64,000 bases of DNA from Schizochytrium sp. TIO01 (lineage: Eukaryota; Protista; Bigyra: Labyrinthulomycetes). The notes beneath the pieces are model-generated. The model worked only from the letters and a program-made list of their open reading frames with translations. It made no database searches and was not told where the DNA came from. Shown in pieces: positions 20,748 through 31,203 of this stretch (position 1 is the stretch's first letter; each line of letters starts with the position of its first letter). Location of the stretch: NCBI GenBank assembly GCA_004764695.1, contig SMSO01000037.1:4502747-4566746 (forward strand). The letters run 5' to 3'. The position numbers and the translations under genes are program-made.

Positions 20748-23645
20748 ATGCTCGGGACGAGCAAACTGGCAAGCATGGCGGATGGCGCAGCAAGCCAGAC
20801 GTGGCCTTCTCCACTTCACGATGTCCTCGCCCGCTATGAGGGTGCGAAAAGGACCGTGGGAGAACTAAACAAAAAAATCGACGAGTACGAAGTTATAATA
20901 CTCAAGGAAGAAATCAGCGAAGAAATAGCCACGCGCTATGAGGAATCCATTGAGCAGGCTGAGCAGCAGCTGAAAGCGGCAAAAGATCAACGGGATGAGC
21001 TGCAGAGTTTTTATGACGTGATGTCACCGATCTCCGATGCCCTGGATACTACATATCGGCAAATCATAACCGACCGGAAGGTATTTCTCGATCCCGTGGA
21101 AGTCTTCGAGCCAAAAGGCACATTCAAGGAGCTTCTCCGTCCCGAAGCCAAGGTTCCGCGAAATCTCGCCTCCAGTAGCACACTCCCTGATTTCCTTACT
21201 CATGGTCTTGAGGAGCGTTTTAGTAACGATACCCCACTCTTTCAAGATATTGTTGATGGTCGCCACGAATCACCTGTGGGATTTTACGGTACCTCGGGTG
21301 CTGGAAAGACAAGATCAATTTTTGAGATTTTTGCGAGAAGCTATGGACTGTATTTCGTTGCCGCTGATGCCCGTACGCTCAATCCAGGCAGCTCCGATGT
21401 CGAAGTCATTTACAACACACTGGAAAGATTTGTCGAAAAATCTACACAGGTGGAAAATAATAAGATTCTAAGCGTCTACATAAACGAATTGATACTCTGC
21501 CGACTTCTAGTTTTCTGCGCACTTCGACACGCCCTCAATAGTCTCGGGAAAGAACTTACCTGTGAGCTATGGCTTCGCGTACAGCTTGCGCCAATACACT
21601 ACTTCGGACATGATGTCTTTACATCACTCCTCTATGAGTTTGTTGACAGTTGTTCATTAGGGGTTGGCGGAGTCATTAAATTGAGTGAACGTATGACTCA
21701 TTTAGAGCCCTGCTTAGACCTCGTCTGGCAAAACACCCATCGCTCGATAGGTACTATCAAGTTTAATGTGGCCATGGACGAAGCAAATGTACTAGCAAGA
21801 AAATTTATGGGCTATTTTGTCTCCTCTGAAGACCAAGGGCAGGGACGATCTTTACTGTCACCATTTTTCAAAACGCTCAGGGAGATAGTACGTGAACGCA
21901 AACTCATATATCACCCCATTTTTTCCGGTACGGGTTTCTCGATCGCCCACATAATAACACAACTTTCCAGTGCGACTGGAAAAGTGTCCCTCAACGACAC
22001 CTTGCATTACGATTTTAAGTCACTAGACAAGGATGGCGTTAAAGCCTATCTTGAAAGTATTCTGGACTTGAGCCAATTAGATAAGAACATTCTTGAGTAT
22101 ACGTGCAGGTGGCTTACAGGAAGACCCAGGTGGACAGTTGCATTCATAGATCTCCTGTTGGAACGAGTTTATGCTGAGATTACCGACCTCAACACGATGT
22201 TCCTCGAGCATATACGACGCTTCGTCACCTTCATGACACAACCGAACGCATTCAGTACTGCTTCAACGAATGAACGTGAATCAAGATTATTCTGGCGCTA
22301 TGGAGCAAGCTCCACCGCACGGCATACAATCGAGTGGTTCAAAGCCGATACGAATGCCGATAGACTCAACAAAATCAAAGAGGCACTCGTGATGCATCTC
22401 TTCACAGATCAACCCGCCCCATTATCGGGGGAATTTACGCCGGACCTGGTCAATGTAGGACTGTGCCAAGTCAGCACAGTGACTGAAGGGCTGCCACGAA
22501 GAATGAGAAACACCGTCGATATTCATGTCAAGTTTGAGGAACCTCTGATAATCGAGGCGGCACTACAGAGCTTTCTTGAGGACAACTCTCTGCTCAAGTT
22601 TGTTCGAGACGAGATTTTGACGCATGAGACGGGCAATGCCAAGCGTCCAGCAGTCTATATGGAGTATTATACCATGCTATGTGCTTTCAAACACATGGAG
22701 TCTACGCTAGAACTTGCAATGGATTACATTGTTCTGGACGATGATGAAGACTCCCGCGCAAGGCCTTTTGAAAATCTTGAAATGCCCAAAAGATCGTCAT
22801 TTGGAAAATTAGTGCGGAATTGTAGCAACACCCATGAGGGAACGTTGGTGTGGATGTCCGACATGGACACATTTTCCTCGATAGGCTTGATGGATTTCGT
22901 CGAACCCTTTTGTTACCCCTTTGAAAATTTTGGGGCTAATGTGATAACAATGATGCGTCGTACATCTGTGGGGGATCTCACTAGTGATGAAGCTTTTGTC
23001 CCCGTCATGATACAGGTTAAACACCCTAACCCTGGTGAAGACGCTATGATAATAAAAGATATGAATAGAAAGGCCGTACTGAGTGTATTACCGAATCTGG
23101 TTTTCAGGACGAAGAAGGTGTCGAAGAAATATGAGTATGGTGGGGGGAAATATGATCTCTTTCACTGGGGCGTCTACAATAAGACAACATTTACAAAAAC
23201 CCTTGATGTGTGTCAACAGTTCTTCCGGGTTAGCAAGCTGGACCTGAGAAAGGCCTCCAGTCAACTAAAGAATGAACATGAAGCTGAAAGCCAATACATG
23301 AGTGAGAACAATAAGATGCACCCCAGGGAATCTGATTTTCAAAAGGATTTAGATTGGCAATCCCGCCGTCGTCCTGTGATTATGATGGTTTGCCAGACAG
23401 GACCGGGGAGTGATTTTTTGACCCATTTCTTGAGTCACCCATCAGACAACCCTTGTCCAAGGCTAATTGCAGAATCAGATCTTAGTGACCTTAGAAGAAA
23501 CATCCAAGTTCTCCATTGCGAAAACGAGCGCTGTGGAAATGAAATCCATGACATTTTTTTGGCCATTGATGATGGTGATGGGGATCTTGCGGGCACTTTT
23601 TTCGGGGACTATCAATTTATCCATTCGGCACAACAAGCGACATAG
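20748..23645 (+). CDS. Crinkler/CR-type P-loop NTPase fused to a C-terminal PD-(D/E)xK restriction-endonuclease-like domain; N-terminal coiled coil
   Basis: Walker A GTSGAGKTRS..YGLYF, GSSD, Walker B VAMDEA, RSLLSP, SGTG, GRPR, EPL and C-terminal P....GAN.....IQVK match CR-NTPase+CR-REase architectures from memory. Confidence 0.68.
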   Translation: MLGTSKLASMADGAASQTWPSPLHDVLARYEGAKRTVGELNKKIDEYEVIILKEEISEEIATRYEESIEQAEQQLKAAKDQRDELQSFYDVMSPISDALDTTYRQIITDRKVFLDPVEVFEPKGTFKELLRPEAKVPRNLASSSTLPDFLTHGLEERFSNDTPLFQDIVDGRHESPVGFYGTSGAGKTRSIFEIFARSYGLYFVAADARTLNPGSSDVEVIYNTLERFVEKSTQVENNKILSVYINELILCRLLVFCALRHALNSLGKELTCELWLRVQLAPIHYFGHDVFTSLLYEFVDSCSLGVGGVIKLSERMTHLEPCLDLVWQNTHRSIGTIKFNVAMDEANVLARKFMGYFVSSEDQGQGRSLLSPFFKTLREIVRERKLIYHPIFSGTGFSIAHIITQLSSATGKVSLNDTLHYDFKSLDKDGVKAYLESILDLSQLDKNILEYTCRWLTGRPRWTVAFIDLLLERVYAEITDLNTMFLEHIRRFVTFMTQPNAFSTASTNERESRLFWRYGASSTARHTIEWFKADTNADRLNKIKEALVMHLFTDQPAPLSGEFTPDLVNVGLCQVSTVTEGLPRRMRNTVDIHVKFEEPLIIEAALQSFLEDNSLLKFVRDEILTHETGNAKRPAVYMEYYTMLCAFKHMESTLELAMDYIVLDDDEDSRARPFENLEMPKRSSFGKLVRNCSNTHEGTLVWMSDMDTFSSIGLMDFVEPFCYPFENFGANVITMMRRTSVGDLTSDEAFVPVMIQVKHPNPGEDAMIIKDMNRKAVLSVLPNLVFRTKKVSKKYEYGGGKYDLFHWGVYNKTTFTKTLDVCQQFFRVSKLDLRKASSQLKNEHEAESQYMSENNKMHPRESDFQKDLDWQSRRRPVIMMVCQTGPGSDFLTHFLSHPSDNPCPRLIAESDLSDLRRNIQVLHCENERCGNEIHDIFLAIDDGDGDLAGTFFGDYQFIHSAQQAT

Positions 23646-23817
23646 AATGACAGGGTGGTTAAGAAAAATAAAAAACGTTGAATTTGTTTTGAATCTTAGT
23701 ATTTTAGGGATGTGTTAGCGACGTGATCATTAGTGTGTTACATATATGTAAACACCAGCCTTTGGGTTGTAGAGTGTTTTTTTATTTCTTGGGTAACCTC
23801 ATCCAAAACCCTAATCA

Positions 23818-25017
23818 ATGAGTTCTTCCAGTTCAAAAGGTCGTTTTGATGAGGCGCCTCTACCGCCTGTTCTCAAGAGGGAATATGTAGAGATGCCAGC
23901 GCCTCCAATGGTACCCATTAATGTAGAATATGGAAGCGAGGCTCTAGAAATTCTAAAAACGGAGGCCGTTGACCAGCAGCCCAGGCCCGACGATAATAAT
24001 TCAGAATTATCACCAAGGATGAACGAAGAGCTCTCCCGCGTCTTCGAAGGCTTTCCGCGTCATCTCTAGTGATGGCTTGTATTATCGCTACAATGGGCAT
24101 TGGTATCAGGTATGGCCAAACCAATCGTACCATACGTCTATTTTTCGACTTTACATCCCAATTTCGTAGTAAAATGCAAGAGCTTATAGGGAATCAGAAA
24201 CCTCTCGAGAAACTCCCTCCATGGTACCACCCTGTCTCTGATTGGATGCAAACCATTGCAACTATCACACCCACAAGAATAAATGAAGCCCATTACACTT
24301 ACATGGCAAAAGATCCTCATGTGATAACACACGCCATTGATTTTATCAAGAATGTGGACATGGATGCTATGATGCATGGCCAATTCCGCACTCTCGCAGG
24401 TAAGATTTTTGAGTTTACATGCAAGGGGATGATGAACCTACTCATCGACCCACATACGCGTATGCGCGTCGCCGATGTATCCAGGTGGTTCAATAGCAAA
24501 AAGCACATTCGAGAAAGCTGTGAGAGAGCCCTCCGGCAGGAATGCAATGACACGATGATCACGTTGAATTGCCTCGTCTCATCATGGATTCTGGCCAGCT
24601 CTTATGACGATGCTAAAAAAAACGGTACTTCTTGCTGAAGAATATTACGAAAGGCATCAAATTTATCGCCTGATCTAGGCCTTAAAGCTAACCTTGTGCA
24701 CATACAGGCTCTTTATCAACGAGGCTTGAAAGCTGACGCGTTAAGAAAAGCAAAAGAACTCGATGAGCGAATCAGCAATTTCAACAATCCATTGATCTTA
24801 AAAAAAATTCTGCAAATTTGTACCCATATACGTGAACATCCTACATAGTGTCAATCAGCACAATGAGATACTGATGTTGATGGGCAAGTGCAAATCACGC
24901 AATGCGTTCTCTCTTCTGCTTCCAGATATGCAAGACTACTTTAACCAGCTACAGAGTTATAGCAATGAGGTGTGGGATTCTATCCGGCGACCCTCCACCC
25001 GTAAAAAGAAAACATAA
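23818..25017 (+). pseudogene. Frameshifted gene of unknown function (~400 codons)
   Basis: Protein-like reading passes frame1->2->3->1->3->1 across 23818-25017, several switches near short homopolymers (ctttcc, ttttt, A8). Includes DGLYYRYNGHWYQVW and a TPR-like helix ALYQRGLKADALRKAKEL. Confidence 0.5.
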
Positions 25018-25076
25018 TACCCTCACACGCACACATTGATAGATGTACAAGACAAAGCTTAGAATTTTCATTATTT

Positions 25077-25754
25077 TCATTTTTTTTTAAAGGGATCAGG
25101 GGTATTTGCTATCTTCCCAATATGCGCCAGTATCGCTTTGGAAATGTTTAAACACTGTCTCTTCGTATCATCGTCACCGGAAGGATCAAGAGGTTCTCTC
25201 TTACGCTTTAGACAGGTCGCCGCGTCTCAGGCGCCCATTCTGACCGTAATGCGCTTGACTAAGATCAATGCCGAATTGGCGGCGGCGACGGTCGCGGCCT
25301 TGGAGTCTGCTTTTGAAGTTGCAGTTCGCTTCAATATCACAGCAGCGAGTTCTAGAGACATTGTGAGGCGCGACGCTTTGGAATTACGAATTTGCTGGGA
25401 TGTAAACCCCAGGAGAGCGATTGCTGGGTTAGTACTAGTTAGAGGCGCACTAAGAGTGGGAACTTTGACCGAAGCGGTCAGGACTTTCACCAAAGTCAGT
25501 GCTAAACGATTCGTCCCGTCAAAAGTTAGTTTGTACAACCTTTCCGGCTTATACTTTCTAAAAATAGTCTTGAGATCAACTAACCAGTCATCACGAATCT
25601 CCCAAGATGTAGCGGTCGTGGTTAGGCTGAGGCAGGTTTCGGATTTCCGGGAGAATGTGGGACTGATCGGAACTCCGTTAAAATTATCGGAATTCCGGGG
25701 GTAATTCTCGAGGGCCTCATCCCGATCTTGAAGCTGCAGGGAGCACAAAATCAA
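25077..25754 (-). pseudogene. Broken ORF: no proper ATG start, one in-frame TGA at 25227-25229
   Basis: The 175-codon ORF continues in frame for 49 more codons after the TGA (DAATCLKRKREPLDP...PFKKK*). Coding strand uncertain. Confidence 0.35.
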
Positions 25755-25818
25755 GCAAAACGAGGGTTCGGTGCAATCAAACCCTCAAAATCGCTTGCAA
25801 ACCTGCCAGATTTTGAGG

Positions 25819-28800
25819 ATGAAGCGCGCAGGAAGCGCAACTGCCCGAGTTCCGCGGCTTTATCTGAGCGAGGAGCGGAAGAAGAGCCCATGGTTTGTGA
25901 ATCAGCTCCGATTTCTCCTCCAAAAGCATCGTCTTGGACAAGATGTCTTCCTCATGGGGGCACCGGGTCCCACGCGAAGAGCTCTTGCGCTCGGGTTCTG
26001 TGAAATGCTTAATCTTGAAGCGGAGATCGTGACGCTTTCTAGAGATGTTACTGAAAGCGATCTCAAACAACGCCGTGAGATTTTGCCCGGGGGTCAAATG
26101 GTCTTCAAGGACATGCCGCCTCTAGCAGCAGCTTTACAGGGTCGAATTCTAATTCTTGATGGTGTGGAAAAAGCTGAGCGCAACGTTCTCCCAACCTTGA
26201 ACAACCTTCTTGAAAACCGCGAAATGACACTACTTGATGGCAGGCGCTTAGTCTCAAGCCGATTCTTTGATGCGACTCTCGAACGCACGGGCATGACTCC
26301 TGACCAGGCCCGCGAAAACCTTGGACTTGAGAGAGCTCATGAAGACTTTACAGTTATTGCGTTGGGCATGCCAGTCCCGCACATTTTCCCAGGATTTCCA
26401 CTAGACCCACCTCTAAGATCGCGATTCCAATGCCGCTATGTAAATCCACCGTCGTCCGATTCGCAACGAATGGATCAGCCCCGAAGGCTTGTTGACACGC
26501 TGCGAGCCCTCTCACGCACAGGTGACACAGGCAATCGCAAGTTTCACTACGTTCCTGAGGACGCGTATAATCGCATCATGGCAAGCATAAAAGCCACTGG
26601 CGTAGATCTACCGCAAGCACTTGCAAGATGCTTCCCGTCGACTCTCGTACTGCGCGATGCTCCTGACCAAGCAAAGATTTTGCAGAGCACGTTTGAGAAG
26701 CTTGATATCATCCCCAAAAGTGCAAGTGACATAAAAGATAGCACAAAGCTTGTTGATTGTACGCGTACATCAGGTAGATTACTTTTCACTGCGGAACATG
26801 ATCATATTGTTTCGGATATGGTCACTGAAGCGCTTGAGAATGAACAACACCTGTGCCTTGTTGGTCCGGGAGGATCTGGCAAAACAGTTATGGCTCGAGA
26901 GGTTGCTGAGCGGCTTAATCAGAAGGTGAGTGTGGTTCACTGCTACAAGGATATGTCTTCGCGTGATCTTATTCAGAAAAGGTCAACTAAGAATGATGGT
27001 AGTACAGAGTGGATTGTTTCACCTCTAGTAGAAGCCGCCGTAAATGGTGAACTACTCATCCTAGACGGAGTAGATCGTCTTCAAGCAGATACTCTAGCTA
27101 GTATCCAACATCTCTTGCACGAGGGAGATTTAGCCCTACCTGATGGTCGTCGACTCTTACACGCAAAGCGTTTCTCTCCTGAGGCTGCTGAAGCTGACTT
27201 TCTGCGTGTGGATCCTAGGTTCAAGGTGTTGGCTCTCGGTAACCCTCCAACGTCGGGATCATCTGGCAATGACTGGCTTAGTGCGGAGGTACTTACCATG
27301 TTCTCATTTTTCAAGGTTCCGTCCACTCCTCGTGCGCAAGCTGCTGCCCTGGTTGCACAAGCCAGCGCCTCCCCAGACAAAGTCAGTCAAGTAGAGTCTT
27401 TGCTGCAGAGAATTGAGGCGCATAGAATTAAGCTTGACTTTTGCGCAGCAGAAGAGGTGAGCCCCAAGAGTAGCGTTAATTCAAGGGCTTCCTCCGTTAG
27501 CTCGTCCTCTGAACTTAGTCTCTCACTTCGACAAACTGTTCATCTTGCTGAACTACAACTTCGCGAGGGTAAGTCTTTTAATTTGGAGGATGCTTTGTCT
27601 AGATTTCTCATGATCCCGTTTCAGTCCCACGCAATTCGGGAGGCTTTTGCAGCAACGTCTGAGGGAGCTCAGAAGGATCCATTGTTGGATCCTACTCTGC
27701 TTGAAGCATCTGAAATTGACTGGGGTACTAAGGAAGGGGTTTTCGCGTCTGATGAAAGTGCGGAGGCTTCAAGTCTTATCCCCAGAGTAGAGGAGTTTGT
27801 CGATATGCCTCATCAACTTGTAACTATGCAACGCGTTCGAGATGATTTATTATGTGGGCACCATGTTCTATTGATTGGTAATCAAGGCACAGGCAAGAAC
27901 AAGCTTACGGATAGCTTACTTGAGCGCATGAATCGTCCGCGAGAGTATCTTCAACTAAGCCGGGACTCAACTGTACAAGCACTTACTATCACAGCCACAC
28001 TTGAAGAAGGTCGCATCGTATACATTGATTCTCCTCTTGTTCGTGCTGCTAGATATGGACGAGTTTTGGTCCTGGACGAGGCTGATAAGGCAGCAGTCGA
28101 AGTTGTGAGCGTTCTTAAAGGTCTCTTAACTGATGGGGAGATGCGCTTGGCAGATGGACGACGAATTGCAAAGGATGGCGATGTAAAATTGCATGATGAC
28201 TTTCGCGTGATATGCTTAGCAAACCGTCCAGGTTTCCCTTTTCTCGGTAACGACTTCTATGCTGAGCTCGGTGATTGTTTTGCACCCCACATTGTTGGCA
28301 ATGGAACACTCGAGGACCAAGTCATGTTATTGAAGTCTCTGGCTCCGTCTTTACCTGAACCGCAAGCGCGTTCCTTAGCTCAAAGTTTTGATGAATTACG
28401 CGAATACTGCGAGAACGGGCAACTGAAATACCCATACTCAACTCGAGAAGCAGCTGCGGTCGCGCGCCATATTCAAGCCTACCCTAAAGATGGTCTTGTA
28501 CGTGCGCTTGATAATGTGTTCGACTTTGATCGCCTTGACCCCGACGCCATGGAGCTAATTACAGAAGCCTTTTCCAAAAACGGTATCTCTGTAGGCGGAG
28601 TGGATGCTCCTGTGCTTGTATCATTGGCTAATCTAGAAAAGTACGATGGTCCTCCTTTGCAAGCGGTGGATGGGGTCTCCCTTGATGGGCGAAACGGGGT
28701 TATTGAACAATCGGGCGAGATCGTCGAGCTCACCAAGCGTGATGTAAGCTATCTTATCGATCCAGATGTGCAAAGGCAAGATCAAACTACTGCACGACAG

Positions 28801-30723
28801 GCTGGACGTGTTGCAACATTCTCCGAAGAAATTGTTCGTTTTCATGCTACTGCTGGATCTAAGCGAGGCCAATACTCTTCTCCCGCAGCTGTGTCAGGCT
28901 CTTGTAACGGCCAGCAAGTCAATGTGCTCTTAAAGAAGCCGGGTCTTTTATCTACTACCCGTATCGTTGATGGTGTGCATGAGTCTACACTATATGACAC
29001 AGATCGCCTTGCCGGCACCGGTATTGAGGTGGCGTTGATTCCATCTCCCAATTTTGAGCAAGTCTTGCTTGGTGCACCCCAGCAAGGCTTGGTCTGGGTG
29101 ATCGATGAGACAGGCCGCGCTACACGTCTTGAGTTACCTGAAGCATTTATTGGACAGCCTGCATCAAAGCAGATGCGACTGCTAAGACGAGATGCCAAGC
29201 CTCTTTTCCAAATTCGCTCAAACGGTGAGCTTGAAAATGAGCAAGGCCAGCGTCTCCGAGTAGAAAATGGAGCGAAAGCTCGGATTCTTCCACCTCGTGA
29301 AGAACAGCTTCAACGCTTAGACTTCGAAGTTGACCCAACTGATTCTACTCAACTGAAAGTCACAGATCGTCGTGAACGTACCGTGAGAAAATTTACTTTT
29401 GATGCAGATATTATTGATGTTTCCCTGCTCGATTCCAAAGGAGTGAATGCTGCGGTTTTGCTTGCTGACAAGTCAGTTGTTGTGCTCGAGCTAGACCGCA
29501 TCAAGACAGAAAAGGCTCTTCAAGAATGGAAGCAGTTGCATCATGGTGATGTTGATAAATTCTCAGCTCTTGGCTCTGCTGGGAATTCCTCCATGAGTTC
29601 AAACGAACCTGACGAAGTTGATATATTGCTAGGAACGCTCTTTCAAGGGTCCACGGGAAATGCTGAGAATGATCAACCTCTTGGAAGTGGATTAGGTGGA
29701 TCAGGCAGTGGAGGTGGTGGTGGTGATGGTAGTGGCGGCGGTGGTGGTGGTACTGGCCAGGGACAAAAAATTGACCGCTCTGATGGCAAGGGCGGATATG
29801 CTTCGTTTGAGACCAATGCATCACAATCCGACGCTGGGCTCTCTGTTGACGAAATGGTCGACGACCTTGTAGCAGAGCAGACCCGCCGCCAAGCTGTTCA
29901 TGACATGGTAGCTAATCCTCACGGTGTTGAGCTTTACAAACAAGCACTCAACAAAGTAGAAAAACACATTAAGGAACTTCGCTTGGTGCTGGAGTCAGCC
30001 AAAGCCAAGGAAAAAGAGCGAGCCTGGATTCCAAACAAGCCTCAAGGAGAACTACACGAAGAGAAATTAGTTGATGCAGTCACTGGAGACCATCTGGTTT
30101 ACCGTCAACGTGGTGAGCCTGATCTCCCTGCTGGCCCTCAACAGAAAAAACCAAAACGTATAATGCTAGTGGTAGATACAAGCGCCAGTATGGCTAGGGC
30201 TGATGATGATCGTTTGAGTAATCTAATTCAAGCATTAGTGATGTTTACTGAGGCAGTGGATCCTTTTCGCGAAAAATATCAGTATGCAATTCATGCTCAT
30301 TCGGGTACTGCGGCAGACATCCCCGTTGTAGAGATGGGAAAGTGGCCTAGTCAATCCCAGCGGAAAGATCTTCCAAACACAATCCAAGGTCTCGCAAAGG
30401 GGGCCGTGTCGGGAGACAATACGTTGAACGCAGCTATTCGTGCTCGTGAGAGCCTCCTTGATCTCCATCGACGTGATCCTGCAGATGAGAATTTTCTCAT
30501 CCTCATATCGGATGCTAACCTTGGTCGCTACAATATTCACCCATTACAGCTAAAAAATGCGCTCTGTGGAGATGATGATGAAGTGGAAGCTCATGCAATT
30601 TTTATTGCGGAGCCGCACGCTGCGAAGTTTCTACGTGACAACCTCCCTCAAGGCACTGCTCATCAGTGTACGCGGCCTCAGCAGCTTCCAAGCATTATCA
30701 AGGAGATTCTACAGCATACCTAA
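25819..30723 (+). CDS. VWA8: von Willebrand factor A domain-containing AAA+ ATPase (VWA8 family)
   Basis: LGQDVFLMG.PG..RR, LSRD.TESDLKQRREI, EKAERNVLPTLNNLLENREM, GPGGSGKT, LLIGNQGTGKNKL.D, LANRPGFPFLGNDF, YPYSTRE, C-terminal VWA with DTSAS MIDAS and SDANLGRY.I. Confidence 0.9.
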   Translation: MKRAGSATARVPRLYLSEERKKSPWFVNQLRFLLQKHRLGQDVFLMGAPGPTRRALALGFCEMLNLEAEIVTLSRDVTESDLKQRREILPGGQMVFKDMPPLAAALQGRILILDGVEKAERNVLPTLNNLLENREMTLLDGRRLVSSRFFDATLERTGMTPDQARENLGLERAHEDFTVIALGMPVPHIFPGFPLDPPLRSRFQCRYVNPPSSDSQRMDQPRRLVDTLRALSRTGDTGNRKFHYVPEDAYNRIMASIKATGVDLPQALARCFPSTLVLRDAPDQAKILQSTFEKLDIIPKSASDIKDSTKLVDCTRTSGRLLFTAEHDHIVSDMVTEALENEQHLCLVGPGGSGKTVMAREVAERLNQKVSVVHCYKDMSSRDLIQKRSTKNDGSTEWIVSPLVEAAVNGELLILDGVDRLQADTLASIQHLLHEGDLALPDGRRLLHAKRFSPEAAEADFLRVDPRFKVLALGNPPTSGSSGNDWLSAEVLTMFSFFKVPSTPRAQAAALVAQASASPDKVSQVESLLQRIEAHRIKLDFCAAEEVSPKSSVNSRASSVSSSSELSLSLRQTVHLAELQLREGKSFNLEDALSRFLMIPFQSHAIREAFAATSEGAQKDPLLDPTLLEASEIDWGTKEGVFASDESAEASSLIPRVEEFVDMPHQLVTMQRVRDDLLCGHHVLLIGNQGTGKNKLTDSLLERMNRPREYLQLSRDSTVQALTITATLEEGRIVYIDSPLVRAARYGRVLVLDEADKAAVEVVSVLKGLLTDGEMRLADGRRIAKDGDVKLHDDFRVICLANRPGFPFLGNDFYAELGDCFAPHIVGNGTLEDQVMLLKSLAPSLPEPQARSLAQSFDELREYCENGQLKYPYSTREAAAVARHIQAYPKDGLVRALDNVFDFDRLDPDAMELITEAFSKNGISVGGVDAPVLVSLANLEKYDGPPLQAVDGVSLDGRNGVIEQSGEIVELTKRDVSYLIDPDVQRQDQTTARQAGRVATFSEEIVRFHATAGSKRGQYSSPAAVSGSCNGQQVNVLLKKPGLLSTTRIVDGVHESTLYDTDRLAGTGIEVALIPSPNFEQVLLGAPQQGLVWVIDETGRATRLELPEAFIGQPASKQMRLLRRDAKPLFQIRSNGELENEQGQRLRVENGAKARILPPREEQLQRLDFEVDPTDSTQLKVTDRRERTVRKFTFDADIIDVSLLDSKGVNAAVLLADKSVVVLELDRIKTEKALQEWKQLHHGDVDKFSALGSAGNSSMSSNEPDEVDILLGTLFQGSTGNAENDQPLGSGLGGSGSGGGGGDGSGGGGGGTGQGQKIDRSDGKGGYASFETNASQSDAGLSVDEMVDDLVAEQTRRQAVHDMVANPHGVELYKQALNKVEKHIKELRLVLESAKAKEKERAWIPNKPQGELHEEKLVDAVTGDHLVYRQRGEPDLPAGPQQKKPKRIMLVVDTSASMARADDDRLSNLIQALVMFTEAVDPFREKYQYAIHAHSGTAADIPVVEMGKWPSQSQRKDLPNTIQGLAKGAVSGDNTLNAAIRARESLLDLHRRDPADENFLILISDANLGRYNIHPLQLKNALCGDDDEVEAHAIFIAEPHAAKFLRDNLPQGTAHQCTRPQQLPSIIKEILQHT

Positions 30724-31203
30724 AGCAACATAACTGTGTCACATTTGTGAGCATTAGCTGATGATGCTAAAGGGGGTAACCCTTTATCCGACAAAAATCG
30801 TTTTCAAATTATCTTAAATTATATGAAGGTCCTGATGAATTTTCAATTTTGTGTCAAAGGTTCAAGCCTTTTACATGTGGTGTTCTGATTTCTTTCTTTT
30901 GCTTTGCTGGTATTCGTTGATAACACTTAGGGTAGAGAATCAAACGTGACATGGTGCCTTGTTTGTTTCTTAAAGTTCAAGAGATAAGTGAGTACGATTG
31001 ATTAGTTCTGGCATAAAATTATACATGTGATTTTTCATGGAATTAATAGTTAAGCTCAATATTTTAGATGATTAGTTTGTTCCATTAATGATGTCAATAC
31101 ATAGACATTCCTACGTTCCCGCTCTATTTTAGCTCCATCTTACATATTCTTCCTTAGGTATTGTTCAATTTTTACATAATATGTTTGAAAAAAGGTTTGC
31201 ATC

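Noticed and set aside
30768-30786. Short hairpin after the VWA8 stop resembling a rho-independent terminator
   Set aside because: 7-bp stem, expected by chance; eukaryotic Pol II gene.
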